A stretch of DNA of 64,000 nt, taken from positions 96,001-160,000 of the forward strand of contig CAWAUV010000009.1 of assembly GCA_963785305.1 (NCBI GenBank), in the 5' to 3' direction. Made by a program: the position numbers and the translations under genes. This DNA comes from an uncultured Planctomycetaceae bacterium (GTDB lineage Bacteria > Planctomycetota > Planctomycetia > Pirellulales > PALSA-1355). The notes below the pieces were generated by a model. The model saw only the letters and a list, made by a program, of their open reading frames with translations, did not search any database and was not told the DNA's origin. Positions 10,747 to 21,088 of this stretch are shown piece by piece (the stretch's first letter is position 1; each line of letters begins with the position of its first letter).

Positions 10747-10845
10747 GCGAATGACTCCCCCCGCTCTAGAACCGCGGCATGCCGCCGCGGGGCCTTGCGG
10801 GACGTTAAAAAAATACTCGCCCTCGTGGTGATCGCATCCGGTCGC

Positions 10846-11673
10846 TTACTTGCCCAGCTCCCAGTGGACGAATCGCACCACCTTGATCTTGGCTCCGCTC
10901 GCGAGCTTGCCCACGGTCAGGGCGCTGTCCTTGACGAACGGCTGTTCGAGCAAGGCGTGTTCGGCGAAAAAATTCTTCAACCGGCCCTCGACCATCTTGG
11001 CGATGATCGCCTCGGGCTTGCCTTCGCCCTTGGCCGCTTCGCTGAGAATCTCGCGTTCCTTGGCCACTGCCGCCGGATCGACATCTTCCTTCGACACATA
11101 GCGAGGCTTCATGGCCACCACATGCATCGCCACATCCTTGGCCGCTTCCGCCGAGCTGCCCGAAATCTCGACCAGCGAGGCCGCCGTGCCGTCGTGATGC
11201 GCATAAGCCCCGCAGGGACCATCGATCCTCACGATGCGAGTCACATGCATCACTTCGCGAATCCGATTGAACATATCATCTTTTTGTTCGCCCAGGGACT
11301 TGCCGGCCAGCGCGACCGAGGGCTGCTTGAGCAGGTCGTCGGGCGACTTGGCGCCGGGGCCCACGGCCAACTGCTTGGCCACATCGCTCACGAACTGGCG
11401 AAACTCGGGGCTGTTCGCCACCGGCGCGCTCTCGCACATCACCTCGACCATCGCTCCGACCTTGAGCTCCAGATCGGCAAACACGGCGATGCGGCCGCAC
11501 TCGGTGGCCCGATCGATGCGGCTTTCCTTGGTCTTGATCCCCTGTTTGCGGAGCCATTCGACCGCGGCGTCTTCGTCGCCTCCGGTCTCGCGGAGCGCTT
11601 TTTTGCATTCCATCATCGGCAGGCCGGTCTTGCCGCGAAGCGACATGACCGAGGCGGCTGAAATTTCAGACAT
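10846..11673 (-). CDS. tsf: Elongation factor Ts
   Basis: LRGKTGLPMMECKKAL, AMHVVAMKP, KPEAIIAKMVEGRL, LLEQPFVKD. Confidence 0.97.
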   Translation of the reverse strand: MSEISAASVMSLRGKTGLPMMECKKALRETGGDEDAAVEWLRKQGIKTKESRIDRATECGRIAVFADLELKVGAMVEVMCESAPVANSPEFRQFVSDVAKQLAVGPGAKSPDDLLKQPSVALAGKSLGEQKDDMFNRIREVMHVTRIVRIDGPCGAYAHHDGTAASLVEISGSSAEAAKDVAMHVVAMKPRYVSKEDVDPAAVAKEREILSEAAKGEGKPEAIIAKMVEGRLKNFFAEHALLEQPFVKDSALTVGKLASGAKIKVVRFVHWELGK

Positions 11674-11957
11674 GATCAGGGTCCCTCTTGAGAAAATCGT
11701 GTAAATGGGGTCGGGGGCCACGCGGCGCGAGTCGTTCCCCACGCATTTCTTATGGCCGGTCCCAACGCCCTGGATTGCATTTCGACGAGCATCGCCACGC
11801 GACAGTTGAAATGCCGGGCCGCGTTCGTCTCGCGCGCGCCACGCCCCGGTGGACGGTGGGCACGGCAGGCACGCGAACCGGCTTATCCATCATTTCAGCC
11901 GTCATGGAGCCCTAGGTCGCCGTCAACCAAATAATCGACGGCCAACCAAACCAGTTG

Positions 11958-12716
11958 TCAGTCCTTGGCTTCGGCCGGCTCCCGCATTCGGCTCGGCGCC
12001 GCTCCGTTGCTCTTTTGCGATTCCACATCGGCGCCCGAGGCGCGGCCTTCGAGCACGGCGTCGGCCAAATGCTGCACGATCAGTTCGATCGAGCGAATGC
12101 TGTCGTCGTTGCCCGGAATCGGCAGATCGACCATATCGGGATCGCTATCGGTATCGATCAGCGACACGGTGACCACGCCCAGTTTTTGGGCTTCGATCAC
12201 GGCGTTTTTTTCCTTCTTGGGGTCGATCACCACCAAGCATTCCGGCAGGCGATTCATGGTGCGCATGCCGTTCAGGTTGCGATACATCTTGCGATATTCG
12301 CGATTGAGCGCCGATTGCATTTTTTTGGAGTAGGCCCCGAGTTCCTCGCCGCTCCGCAGCTTTTCGAGTTCCTCGAGCCGAGCCAAGCGGTTGCGGATCG
12401 TGCGGAAGTTGGTCAGGGTGCCGCCCAGCCAGCGATCCGAGACAAACGGCATTCCACAGCGGAGCGCTTCCCGCTCGACCGTCTCCGTGGCTTGCCGCTT
12501 GGTCCCGACGAACAGCACGAGCCCGTTGCCGGCGGCGACTTGCTTGAGATATTTCTTGGCCCGCAAGAGGCCGCGCACCGTTTGGCGCACATCGATAATG
12601 TGGATGAGGTTTTGGCGCGCATAGATATACGGCCGCATCTTGGGGTTCCAACGACTGGCTCGGTGGCCGAAGTGGACGCCCGCCTCGATCAAATCCTTGA
12701 CTAGCACTTGAGACAC
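11958..12716 (-). CDS. rpsB: 30S ribosomal protein S2
   Basis: [40 protein letters not shown]. Confidence 0.98.
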   Translation of the reverse strand: MSQVLVKDLIEAGVHFGHRASRWNPKMRPYIYARQNLIHIIDVRQTVRGLLRAKKYLKQVAAGNGLVLFVGTKRQATETVEREALRCGMPFVSDRWLGGTLTNFRTIRNRLARLEELEKLRSGEELGAYSKKMQSALNREYRKMYRNLNGMRTMNRLPECLVVIDPKKEKNAVIEAQKLGVVTVSLIDTDSDPDMVDLPIPGNDDSIRSIELIVQHLADAVLEGRASGADVESQKSNGAAPSRMREPAEAKD

Positions 12717-12943
12717 GAAAACGCTCCTTGACTATCGGGCACACCGGCTATGTCCTTTCCCGCCATGGGGCCCTCGCGGCGCCGAATCCGGGGCCGCGAG
12801 CGAGGCATTGGCTTGGGGAGGCGTCCGGCGTTCCAAAAAAACCGGTCGGTGTTGCAATCGCGCCGCCCACCCATGGGCCGCGCCCTTCGCCCGCCGCCGG
12901 GCTATTCCGAGCCCGCCGGACCGTGCGGCGGAGCAAGCCCAGC

Positions 12944-12972
12944 AGTTTACCGCAATCCGAGTCAAGTGACAA
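12944..12972 (-). promoter_or_regulatory. Putative sigma70 promoter of the rpsB-tsf operon
   Basis: Minus strand TTGTCA-17 nt-TAAACT, giving a GC-rich leader of about 220 nt. Confidence 0.5.
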
Positions 12973-13175
12973 TCCCGCCGAAAAAAACGGCGAACGCGTA
13001 AAATGCATGCAAGTTTCGGTCCGCTCCAGCGCGGGGGCGGTTCCCCCGATTATGACCGGCTTCGCGGCCCGCCTATTATGAATTGACAATGCGTCGGTCG
13101 CTGGCCAACAATGCGACTCCACTGGCTTGCCATCGCCAGTGCCATTTACCACTCCCAGAGCCCCTTGGGCGCAAT

Positions 13176-14438
<1,263 letters not shown>

Positions 14439-14506
14439 GTGTCATTCCCCGGGAGTCTCGCCGTTCGTGCGTCTCGCCCCGTAAACACAACCCCTGGGCA
14501 AGCGAC

Positions 14507-15393
14507 ATGCCTCTTGCTTCTCCCGGCCGGCGCTGCGCGACGCGGCCAAGGATGTGACGATTCAGATCCCCGGCGCCTTCAACGCCCTGGTGGCGCGCAT
14601 GGCTGAATCGGCCGGGTTCGACGCCGTGTATCTTTCCGGCGCGGCGCTCTCGGCCGGCGTGATGGGGCTTCCCGACGTGGGACTCTTTAGCCTCACGGAG
14701 CTCGCCCAACAGACGGCCTATCTGGCCCATCGGGTCGAGATTCCGGTGCTGGTCGACGCCGACACCGGCTTTGGCGCGGCGGTGCATGTCGAGCGCACGA
14801 TCGTGGAGCTCGAAGCGGCCGGGGCCGCCGCGATTCAGCTCGAGGATCAGCTTTTCCCGAAGCGCTGCGGCCACTTGACCGGCAAGTCGCTGATCGATGC
14901 CGGCGATATGTGCGCCAAGCTTCGCGCCGCCGCCGCCGCTCGGCGAGATCCGGACCTGGTGATCCTGGCGCGCACCGATGCCCGCGGCGTGACCGGCTTC
15001 AACGACGCGGTCGAACGCGCCAAGCGGTATCTCGACGCCGGCGCCGATTGGATTTTTCCCGAAGCGCTCGCCGATCGCGATGAATTCGAGCGATTTGCCC
15101 GGGCCGTCGACGCCCCGCTGGTGGCCAATATGACCGAGTTCGGCAAGAGTCCGCTCTTGACACTCGACGAGTTAAGCGTCCTGGGCTATGCCGCCGTGAT
15201 CTATCCGGTCACGCTGTTGCGGATCGCCATGAAAGCGGTCGAGGCATCCCTGGCGATGCTGGCCAACGATGGCACTCAAAGCGAACTGCTCGATCTGATG
15301 CAAACTCGCCAAGAGCTGTACGACCTGATCGACTATCAGGACTACGAAGAGCGCGACCGCGCGTATTTCGCCCCGACCCAAGACATCGAATGA
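14507..15393 (+). CDS. prpB: Methylisocitrate lyase / isocitrate lyase-PEP mutase family protein (N-terminal frameshift)
   Basis: GLPDVG, DADTGFG, EDQLFPKRCGH, ARTDA, ANMTEFGKSP; upstream ATG (MPLASPG) lies in another frame. Confidence 0.8.
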
Positions 15394-15441
15394 AACCCGC
15401 GAAGTGGCGATGAGCCGCCCGACGGGCACGCGCCGCCATGA

Positions 15442-16869
15442 TTAGTCCCACACGAGGCCCTTGCCCGTGATCGTCACCGCGGTTTCGGCCTCGGGGCGGG
15501 GCTGATCGAGCATGATCAAGAGCGAGGCGTCGCCCTTTTTAAACTCCGTCATGCCGCCGCCTTCCGTAATGAGCGAGGCGTCGCTCTTTTCGAGCCAGCC
15601 GGTCGCGTTGAGATTGTGCCGCAACTTGGAAATCACCTTGTCGACGGAAGCCTCGCAGTTGAACGTGATCTCTTGTTTGCCCGGCGAGAACTTGAGATGG
15701 CGGTTGTCGTTGGGCAACGGCAGGCGGCGGGCAAAAACCGGCGCGGCCGTGGAATCCGACGTCGTTTCCCGTTCGGCCGCGTTTTTGTCGGCCAACTGCT
15801 CCGCCGACATGCCATGCAGCGAGACCGAAATCGTGGGTCCCTTGCTCACCAGGCTCACGAGCACCATGCTGCGGTCGTCGCCATCGAAGCGGAGCAGTTT
15901 TTCGTCGGCGGCGCCGCTCGAGGCGGCCGATGCCTTGAATCCAAGAGTCGGCATTTCTTGCCGATAGAATTCGATCACGGCTTCGGCGCCGCCCTGAATC
16001 AGACAGCGCGCCTGCCACTTCGCGTCGTCGAGCTCCACGTCCGCGGCGCCGGGCGGAGTGGGAGTCGCGTGCGCCGCGTGGCACACGCTGTAGCTCACCC
16101 GGGTTTTGCCGCCTTTCTCCGGCGGCCCCACGATCGTCACCGTGAGCCGATTGCGCGACTGGCGAAACCAAAGGGTGCGCGAGCCCTGCCTGCTGGCCGG
16201 CGCGTCGAGTTCTCGATAGGCTTGCCAGCCGGCGGCGACTAGAAGCCGCGAGATCGCGTCGGCCGTGGCCGCCAGCGGCTCGCGAGCCAGGAACACGGTC
16301 AGCGGCCGGCTACTCGAGGTGACTTCGCTTGTCGCGGGCCGAGGCAGCGAATCAGTATCCAGCTCGCCGCGGTCGCGGAGCGCGATTTCACACTTGCCGG
16401 GAGATTCGCTCTCCACGGCGCTGAGCGATACGGTCGAGCCCGACTTTTCGAAATAAGCCCGGACCTTGCCGTTGGCCGATTTTTTGCTGGCGGCGACGAT
16501 CGTCCATCCATCGCGAGCGAGCGCTTGGTAATAAAAGTCGAAGGCAACCGGCGGCGTGAGGGGGACCGTGACCTCGATCTCGGCTGCGGTGCGAACCACG
16601 CAGTGCGCTCCGGCCGGCGTCACATATTGCCGCAGGTCCAAAATCGATTCGCGATTCCGCTCAGGCCGCGCGGCTTCGGTTTTCCCAGGTGCTTTGGCGA
16701 CCGCGGCGCGAGGCGGTGGAGACATTTTGCCGGAGTCGCCGGCCACGGGCGCTGACTCGGCCGCCACGATTCGAGGACACGCGACCCCAGCAAGCGCGAG
16801 CAGCCAGCCGGCGGCGAGGGCCGCGATCGGTCCGATGATTGGAATGCTTGCCGCGCGGAAGTGTGTCAT
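15442..16869 (-). CDS. Secreted hypothetical protein with repeated alpha/beta modules
   Basis: Signal-peptide-like N-terminus; recurring 'FY...L...GW' and 'F.K....L' units. Confidence 0.6.
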   Translation of the reverse strand: MTHFRAASIPIIGPIAALAAGWLLALAGVACPRIVAAESAPVAGDSGKMSPPPRAAVAKAPGKTEAARPERNRESILDLRQYVTPAGAHCVVRTAAEIEVTVPLTPPVAFDFYYQALARDGWTIVAASKKSANGKVRAYFEKSGSTVSLSAVESESPGKCEIALRDRGELDTDSLPRPATSEVTSSSRPLTVFLAREPLAATADAISRLLVAAGWQAYRELDAPASRQGSRTLWFRQSRNRLTVTIVGPPEKGGKTRVSYSVCHAAHATPTPPGAADVELDDAKWQARCLIQGGAEAVIEFYRQEMPTLGFKASAASSGAADEKLLRFDGDDRSMVLVSLVSKGPTISVSLHGMSAEQLADKNAAERETTSDSTAAPVFARRLPLPNDNRHLKFSPGKQEITFNCEASVDKVISKLRHNLNATGWLEKSDASLITEGGGMTEFKKGDASLLIMLDQPRPEAETAVTITGKGLVWD

Positions 16870-17202
16870 GCCGTCGCCAAGGGCTTTAGGAAGCGTCGCG
16901 TGCAAAAAAACTCTGCCTAGGCGTTCGGCGAAATAAGCGTCGTCGGTCGATCTTGGCCCCGGCGCGACCACGACCGAATCCGAGAGCGTCTAGCGGCCTC
17001 ACGCGCAATGAGATTGGAGCGCCGACAGCGGTTCCGACGCCATCGACCATCGAGAGGAGTCCACCATGACTCGACTCACCTATCATTGCCAACAGATGCC
17101 CGATGCGCCAAGACGCCAAATGCCCCGTGGCGCGGGGAATGAGGAGAATAACGATTATCCGCGAGCCCAAACCACGAATCGCCGCGACTTCGCGCCGTTT
17201 TC

Positions 17203-18234
17203 TCACTGAGGTTGCTCGAGTTTGCCGAGGGTGGTGGCGGCGGCGCGACGCAGGTCGGCGTCGGTGTCTTCGCGAAGCATTTTCGAGAGCGCCGCGATCT
17301 CGCCCGGCGCCACGACGCCGATCTCGCCAAGCGAAAACACGGCCGCTCCGCGAACTTCGACCTCGGGGTCTTTGAGCGCTTCGACCAGCCCTTCCACGCC
17401 ATCGGCGGCCAAGGGACCGATTTCGCCCAGCGCTTCGGCGGCCAGAATGCGAGTCTCGATGTCTGGGTCCTTGAGCGCACCGGCCAAGGCCTTGGTCGCA
17501 TCCTTGGCCTCGGGTCCAAACTCGAACAGCGCCAGCGCCGCGGCGCGGCGGACCGTGACATCGGAATCTTTCAGTGTGCGCTCCAGCGGCACGACGGCCG
17601 CGCGAGCCACCCGGCCCAATTCGCCCAGGGCATAGGCCGCCGCGGAACGCACCCCGGGCTCGGGGTCGGACAAGTACTCGATGAGCGCTTTGACATGCGG
17701 AGTCTCGCTCGTATCGAGCACGGCGAGCGCGCATTGCGCCGCGACCCCCGATAGTTTGTTTTCGTGTTTCGCAAGCTCGCCTAGCGGTCCGATCGAGGTC
17801 GCCGCCGCGACCGCCCCTACCCGGGCGAGCGCCAGCGCGGCGGCGGCGCGCACTTCGGCATTGTCGTCTTTCAGCAGCAGGATGAGGCCCGGGGCCGCGG
17901 CGACGCGATCTTTGCCGATCCGTCCGATCGCCACCGCGGCCGCGCCGCGAAGATCGACATCCGGGTCCTTGAGCAACTCCGCCAAGCCGGGCAGCGCGGC
18001 GACCGCGTCGGGCCCTATTCGGCCCAGCGAAAGCACGGCGCTTTTGCGAACTTCAACATCCTTGTCCTTGAGGGCGCCGATCAGCGCGGCGGTTCCGGTC
18101 GAAGGCGTGTCGGCGCCGGCCGCGGGCGGATCGTCGGCCGCGAGCGCCGGACTGGCCAGAAACAGCAGCGCCAAGCCGAGCCAAACCGCCGCCGGGCGAA
18201 ATGCGGCCCATGATGTCGAAACAAGCGCGTTCAT
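17203..18234 (-). CDS. Secreted HEAT-repeat (PBS lyase-like) protein
   Basis: Signal peptide ending ASPALA; many LKD.D.EVR..AA.ALG.IG repeats. Confidence 0.9.
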   Translation of the reverse strand: MNALVSTSWAAFRPAAVWLGLALLFLASPALAADDPPAAGADTPSTGTAALIGALKDKDVEVRKSAVLSLGRIGPDAVAALPGLAELLKDPDVDLRGAAAVAIGRIGKDRVAAAPGLILLLKDDNAEVRAAAALALARVGAVAAATSIGPLGELAKHENKLSGVAAQCALAVLDTSETPHVKALIEYLSDPEPGVRSAAAYALGELGRVARAAVVPLERTLKDSDVTVRRAAALALFEFGPEAKDATKALAGALKDPDIETRILAAEALGEIGPLAADGVEGLVEALKDPEVEVRGAAVFSLGEIGVVAPGEIAALSKMLREDTDADLRRAAATTLGKLEQPQ

Positions 18235-18364
18235 GCCATGCTCCCCAGGATATTGCAAATCGCGAGGCTGTTGGCCTCGCTGATGGTGGGCGGTAAACGT
18301 GGGCGCTAAAACAAGTGTAGCTTATCGCCGAGCCGGTGGAAAAAGCTGGTTCGTCAATACAAGT

Positions 18365-18399
18365 GCCCGCCCTTGGGACGATGAATCCCAAGGGCGGGC
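18365..18399. terminator. Perfect 14-bp hairpin between the His-rich gene and the HEAT gene
   Basis: GCCCGCCCTTGGGA-7 nt-TCCCAAGGGCGGGC. Confidence 0.5.
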
Positions 18400-18491
18400 G
18401 AAAAAAATCGACTCCGTGGCGGGCGGACTCCGAGAAATCGCATTGCGATCACTGCTGGCCCGCCGCGGCGCCAAGCCGCGCGACACGAAAT

Positions 18492-20156
18492 TTAACGATC
18501 GTGTCCGTGGCCATGATGATGCGACTGATGACCATGTTCGCCTTGGCAATGGCCGCCATGCTCATGGGATCCATGATGCGGATGGCCAAAGCTGGCGAAG
18601 GCGAACTGGTGTTGGCCGTGGCCATGCGCGGGACCATGACCGCCGCCATGCCCCCAGGCGCCATGATGGCCATGATGCCCGGCGAACTGCATGCCGTGGC
18701 CGTGGTGGCCATGATGCGACGCCATCTGCATGCCGTGGCCGTGATGGCCGTGGTGAGCATGATGGCCGTGATGACCATGATGCGACGCCATCTGCATGCC
18801 GTGGCCGTGATGGCCGTGGTGAGCATGATGGCCGTGATGACCATGATGCGACGCCATCTGCATGCCGTGGCCATGATGGCCGTGGTGAGCATGATGGCCG
18901 TGATGACCATGATGCGACGCCATCTGCATGCCGTGGCCGTGATGGCCGTGGTGAGCATGATGGCCGTGATGACCATGATGCGACGCCATCTGCATGCCGT
19001 GGCCATGATGACCGTGGTGAGCATGATGGCCGTGATGACCATGATGCGACGCCATCTGCATGCCGTGGCCATGATGACCGTGGTGAGCATGATGGCCGTG
19101 ATGGCCATGATGCGACGCCATTTGCATGCCGTGGCCGTGATGGCCGTGGTGAGCATGATGGCCGTGGTGGCCATGATGCGAGGCCATTTGCATGCCGAAG
19201 CCGTGATGGCCATGCTGACCCATCGCGGCGCCGTGCGGACCATGCATCGGTCCACCGGCAAACCCGCCTCGCGGACCATGACCGGGACGCGGGCCGCCAT
19301 GATGCGAAGCTTGTTGGGCTTTACCATGCTCGCCGTGCCGCCAAGCGCCGTGGGAGTGTTCGCTAGGCCCACCCGGCCCACCGGCACCACCAGGTCCGGC
19401 GTGTGCCGCGTGACCAGCCGGCCCACCGTGACCGCCCGGCCCACCGGGTCCACCGTGACCACCCTGTCCGGGACCGTGGCCTGGGCCGCCCATCGCATGG
19501 CGCCCATGATGTTCGCCGCCGTCCTTCTTGGGCTTCTCGCCATCGGACTTCTTATCGCCCGACGGTTTCTTGTCGCCGTCTTTCTTATCTCCGTCCTCGG
19601 GGCGGAAACTGGCATGAAACGCCCGTCCCTGCCGCTCTCCGGAAAAATTACCCCAGCGAGCCCACGGGTAGCCCGGCCGGTTTTGAGGCCGACCAGACTC
19701 GCTGCCCACGTCCGTGGGTCGCTGGGGATTTTCCGAGTGATTTCCGCTCATCTCTCGATGCGGGCGACGCGCGTCGCCATGTTCTTGATTCGCGGCCTCG
19801 GGCCCGCGTCGCTCGAAGCGCGGATGATCGCCCATTTGAGAATCCCAACCGCGAAATCCGCGCGATCGGTCTCCCGGCCGGTCTCCACGATTATTACCGC
19901 CGCGATCGCTCGCGCCGCTTTTGCCGTCTTTCGACGCGCCGTCTTTCAACGCGCCGTCTTTCGACGCGCCGTCTTTCGACGCGCCGTCTTTCGACGCGCC
20001 GTCTTTCGACGCGCCGTCTTTCGACGCGCCGTCTTTCGACGCGCCGTCTTTCGACGCGCCGTCTTTCGACGCGCTGTCTTCGCTGCCATCATCGGCCCAT
20101 GCCGGACTTGCCATGAGAAGCACAAGTCCTATACATCCGCCCCAAACCCTCAACAT
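18492..20156 (-). CDS. Secreted His/Gly-rich tandem-repeat protein
   Basis: AAGGAG RBS; signal peptide MLRVWGGCIGLVLLMASPAWA; (ASKDG)x10; 22-aa GMQMASHHGHHGHHAHHGHHGH repeats; co-oriented with the upstream ECF-kinase operon. Confidence 0.75.
   Translation of the reverse strand: MLRVWGGCIGLVLLMASPAWADDGSEDSASKDGASKDGASKDGASKDGASKDGASKDGASKDGASKDGALKDGASKDGKSGASDRGGNNRGDRPGDRSRGFRGWDSQMGDHPRFERRGPEAANQEHGDARRPHREMSGNHSENPQRPTDVGSESGRPQNRPGYPWARWGNFSGERQGRAFHASFRPEDGDKKDGDKKPSGDKKSDGEKPKKDGGEHHGRHAMGGPGHGPGQGGHGGPGGPGGHGGPAGHAAHAGPGGAGGPGGPSEHSHGAWRHGEHGKAQQASHHGGPRPGHGPRGGFAGGPMHGPHGAAMGQHGHHGFGMQMASHHGHHGHHAHHGHHGHGMQMASHHGHHGHHAHHGHHGHGMQMASHHGHHGHHAHHGHHGHGMQMASHHGHHGHHAHHGHHGHGMQMASHHGHHGHHAHHGHHGHGMQMASHHGHHGHHAHHGHHGHGMQMASHHGHHGHHAHHGHHGHGMQMASHHGHHGHGMQFAGHHGHHGAWGHGGGHGPAHGHGQHQFAFASFGHPHHGSHEHGGHCQGEHGHQSHHHGHGHDR
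18695..19195. repeat. 66-bp tandem repeat, about 7.5 copies
   Basis: ATGATGCGACGCCATCTGCATGCC recurs with period 66 (18711, 18777, ...). Confidence 0.95.
19923..20072. repeat. 15-bp tandem repeat GCCGTCTTTCGACGC x10
   Basis: Read directly; one copy has a G>A change. Confidence 0.97.
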
Positions 20157-20293
20157 AGTCATCTCCTTAAGCCTGTCGTGTTCGATCAATTCGTGTCGCG
20201 CGTCTACGATCGCGCGAGCCGCCCGCTCTCGGTCCTTGACTTGCCGCTTGCGATCGCCGGCGGGGTAGCGCCCCCTCGCGCCAGCAACCGATC

Positions 20294-20986
20294 TTACAGA
20301 TTGTTTCCACTGCTGGCGCCGCCGGGGCCACCGCCGCGCCGACCACCGCCTGGACCACCGCCACCGCCAAAGCCGCCGCGACCGAATTGCAGTTCGCCCT
20401 TGAACGGCTCGCCGGTCATTTCGTTCCACTTGGTCTTTTGCTCGTCGGTGAAAACACCCATCACTTTGTCCATTGAGCCCTTGCGGAGATCAGCCATCTT
20501 CTTGGCCGCCGCGGCGCGATCGCCGCCACCCATTGCGTCGCGAGCGCTGTTTCGCAGGTCCCGATTGATTTCGGTGATTTTTTCCTTTTGCTCGTCGGTG
20601 AGACCAAGCGTCGAGGCCACTTCGGAATCTTGCAAAGCGCGAGGGCCAGCCGCTTGAATCGCTATCTGGCGCAGGCGAACCATCTGCTCGCTGCTGAGGG
20701 TCGAGGTCAAGAGCTTATCGTTCGCGGAGCGCAGTTCCGCCATCTTGGCGCGGCGATCGTCTTCATTCATGTCGCGAAAGTTCCCCATCGATCCGCGCTG
20801 CTTTTCGCGAGCCTCGTCGATCGCCTTGACCTTTTCCGCGGATAACTTAAGGTCTTCTTGCACGGACTTCTGTCCAGCGACGCCCATTAACTCCAGTCCG
20901 CGACCGGGAGGTTGTTGGGAACAAGCGGGCGCCGCGATAAGAGTCGTCATGGCGCCAACCAAAAGCGCGGTGGCAAAGCGATTCAT
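20294..20986 (-). CDS. Secreted Spy/CpxP-like (LTxxQ-motif) helical protein
   Basis: Signal peptide; LKLSAEK, LSSEQ, LGLTDEQ, FTDEQ motifs; Gly-rich tail. Confidence 0.7.
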   Translation of the reverse strand: MNRFATALLVGAMTTLIAAPACSQQPPGRGLELMGVAGQKSVQEDLKLSAEKVKAIDEAREKQRGSMGNFRDMNEDDRRAKMAELRSANDKLLTSTLSSEQMVRLRQIAIQAAGPRALQDSEVASTLGLTDEQKEKITEINRDLRNSARDAMGGGDRAAAAKKMADLRKGSMDKVMGVFTDEQKTKWNEMTGEPFKGELQFGRGGFGGGGGPGGGRRGGGPGGASSGNNL

Positions 20987-21088
20987 ACATTTCCTCGTCG
21001 TGGTCATGGGTAGTGGGCAGAAACGGATTAAACGGTTTAGAGACTCTCCGAGAACTTCGGTGAGGCTATTAAGCAATTTCCCAAGCGA

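Noticed and set aside
13020..13175. ZTP or glycine riboswitch upstream of glyA
   Set aside because: I could not recognise the conserved aptamer motifs; a covariance-model search would settle it.
18695..19195. 66-bp periodicity resembling a CRISPR array
   Set aside because: Whole units are near-identical with no unique spacers, and they are in-frame coding repeats.
18299..20657. Long alternative-frame ORFs (773, 388, 355 aa) over the His-rich gene
   Set aside because: Stop-free frames are a by-product of in-frame tandem repeats; only the minus-strand His-rich frame has an RBS and a signal peptide.
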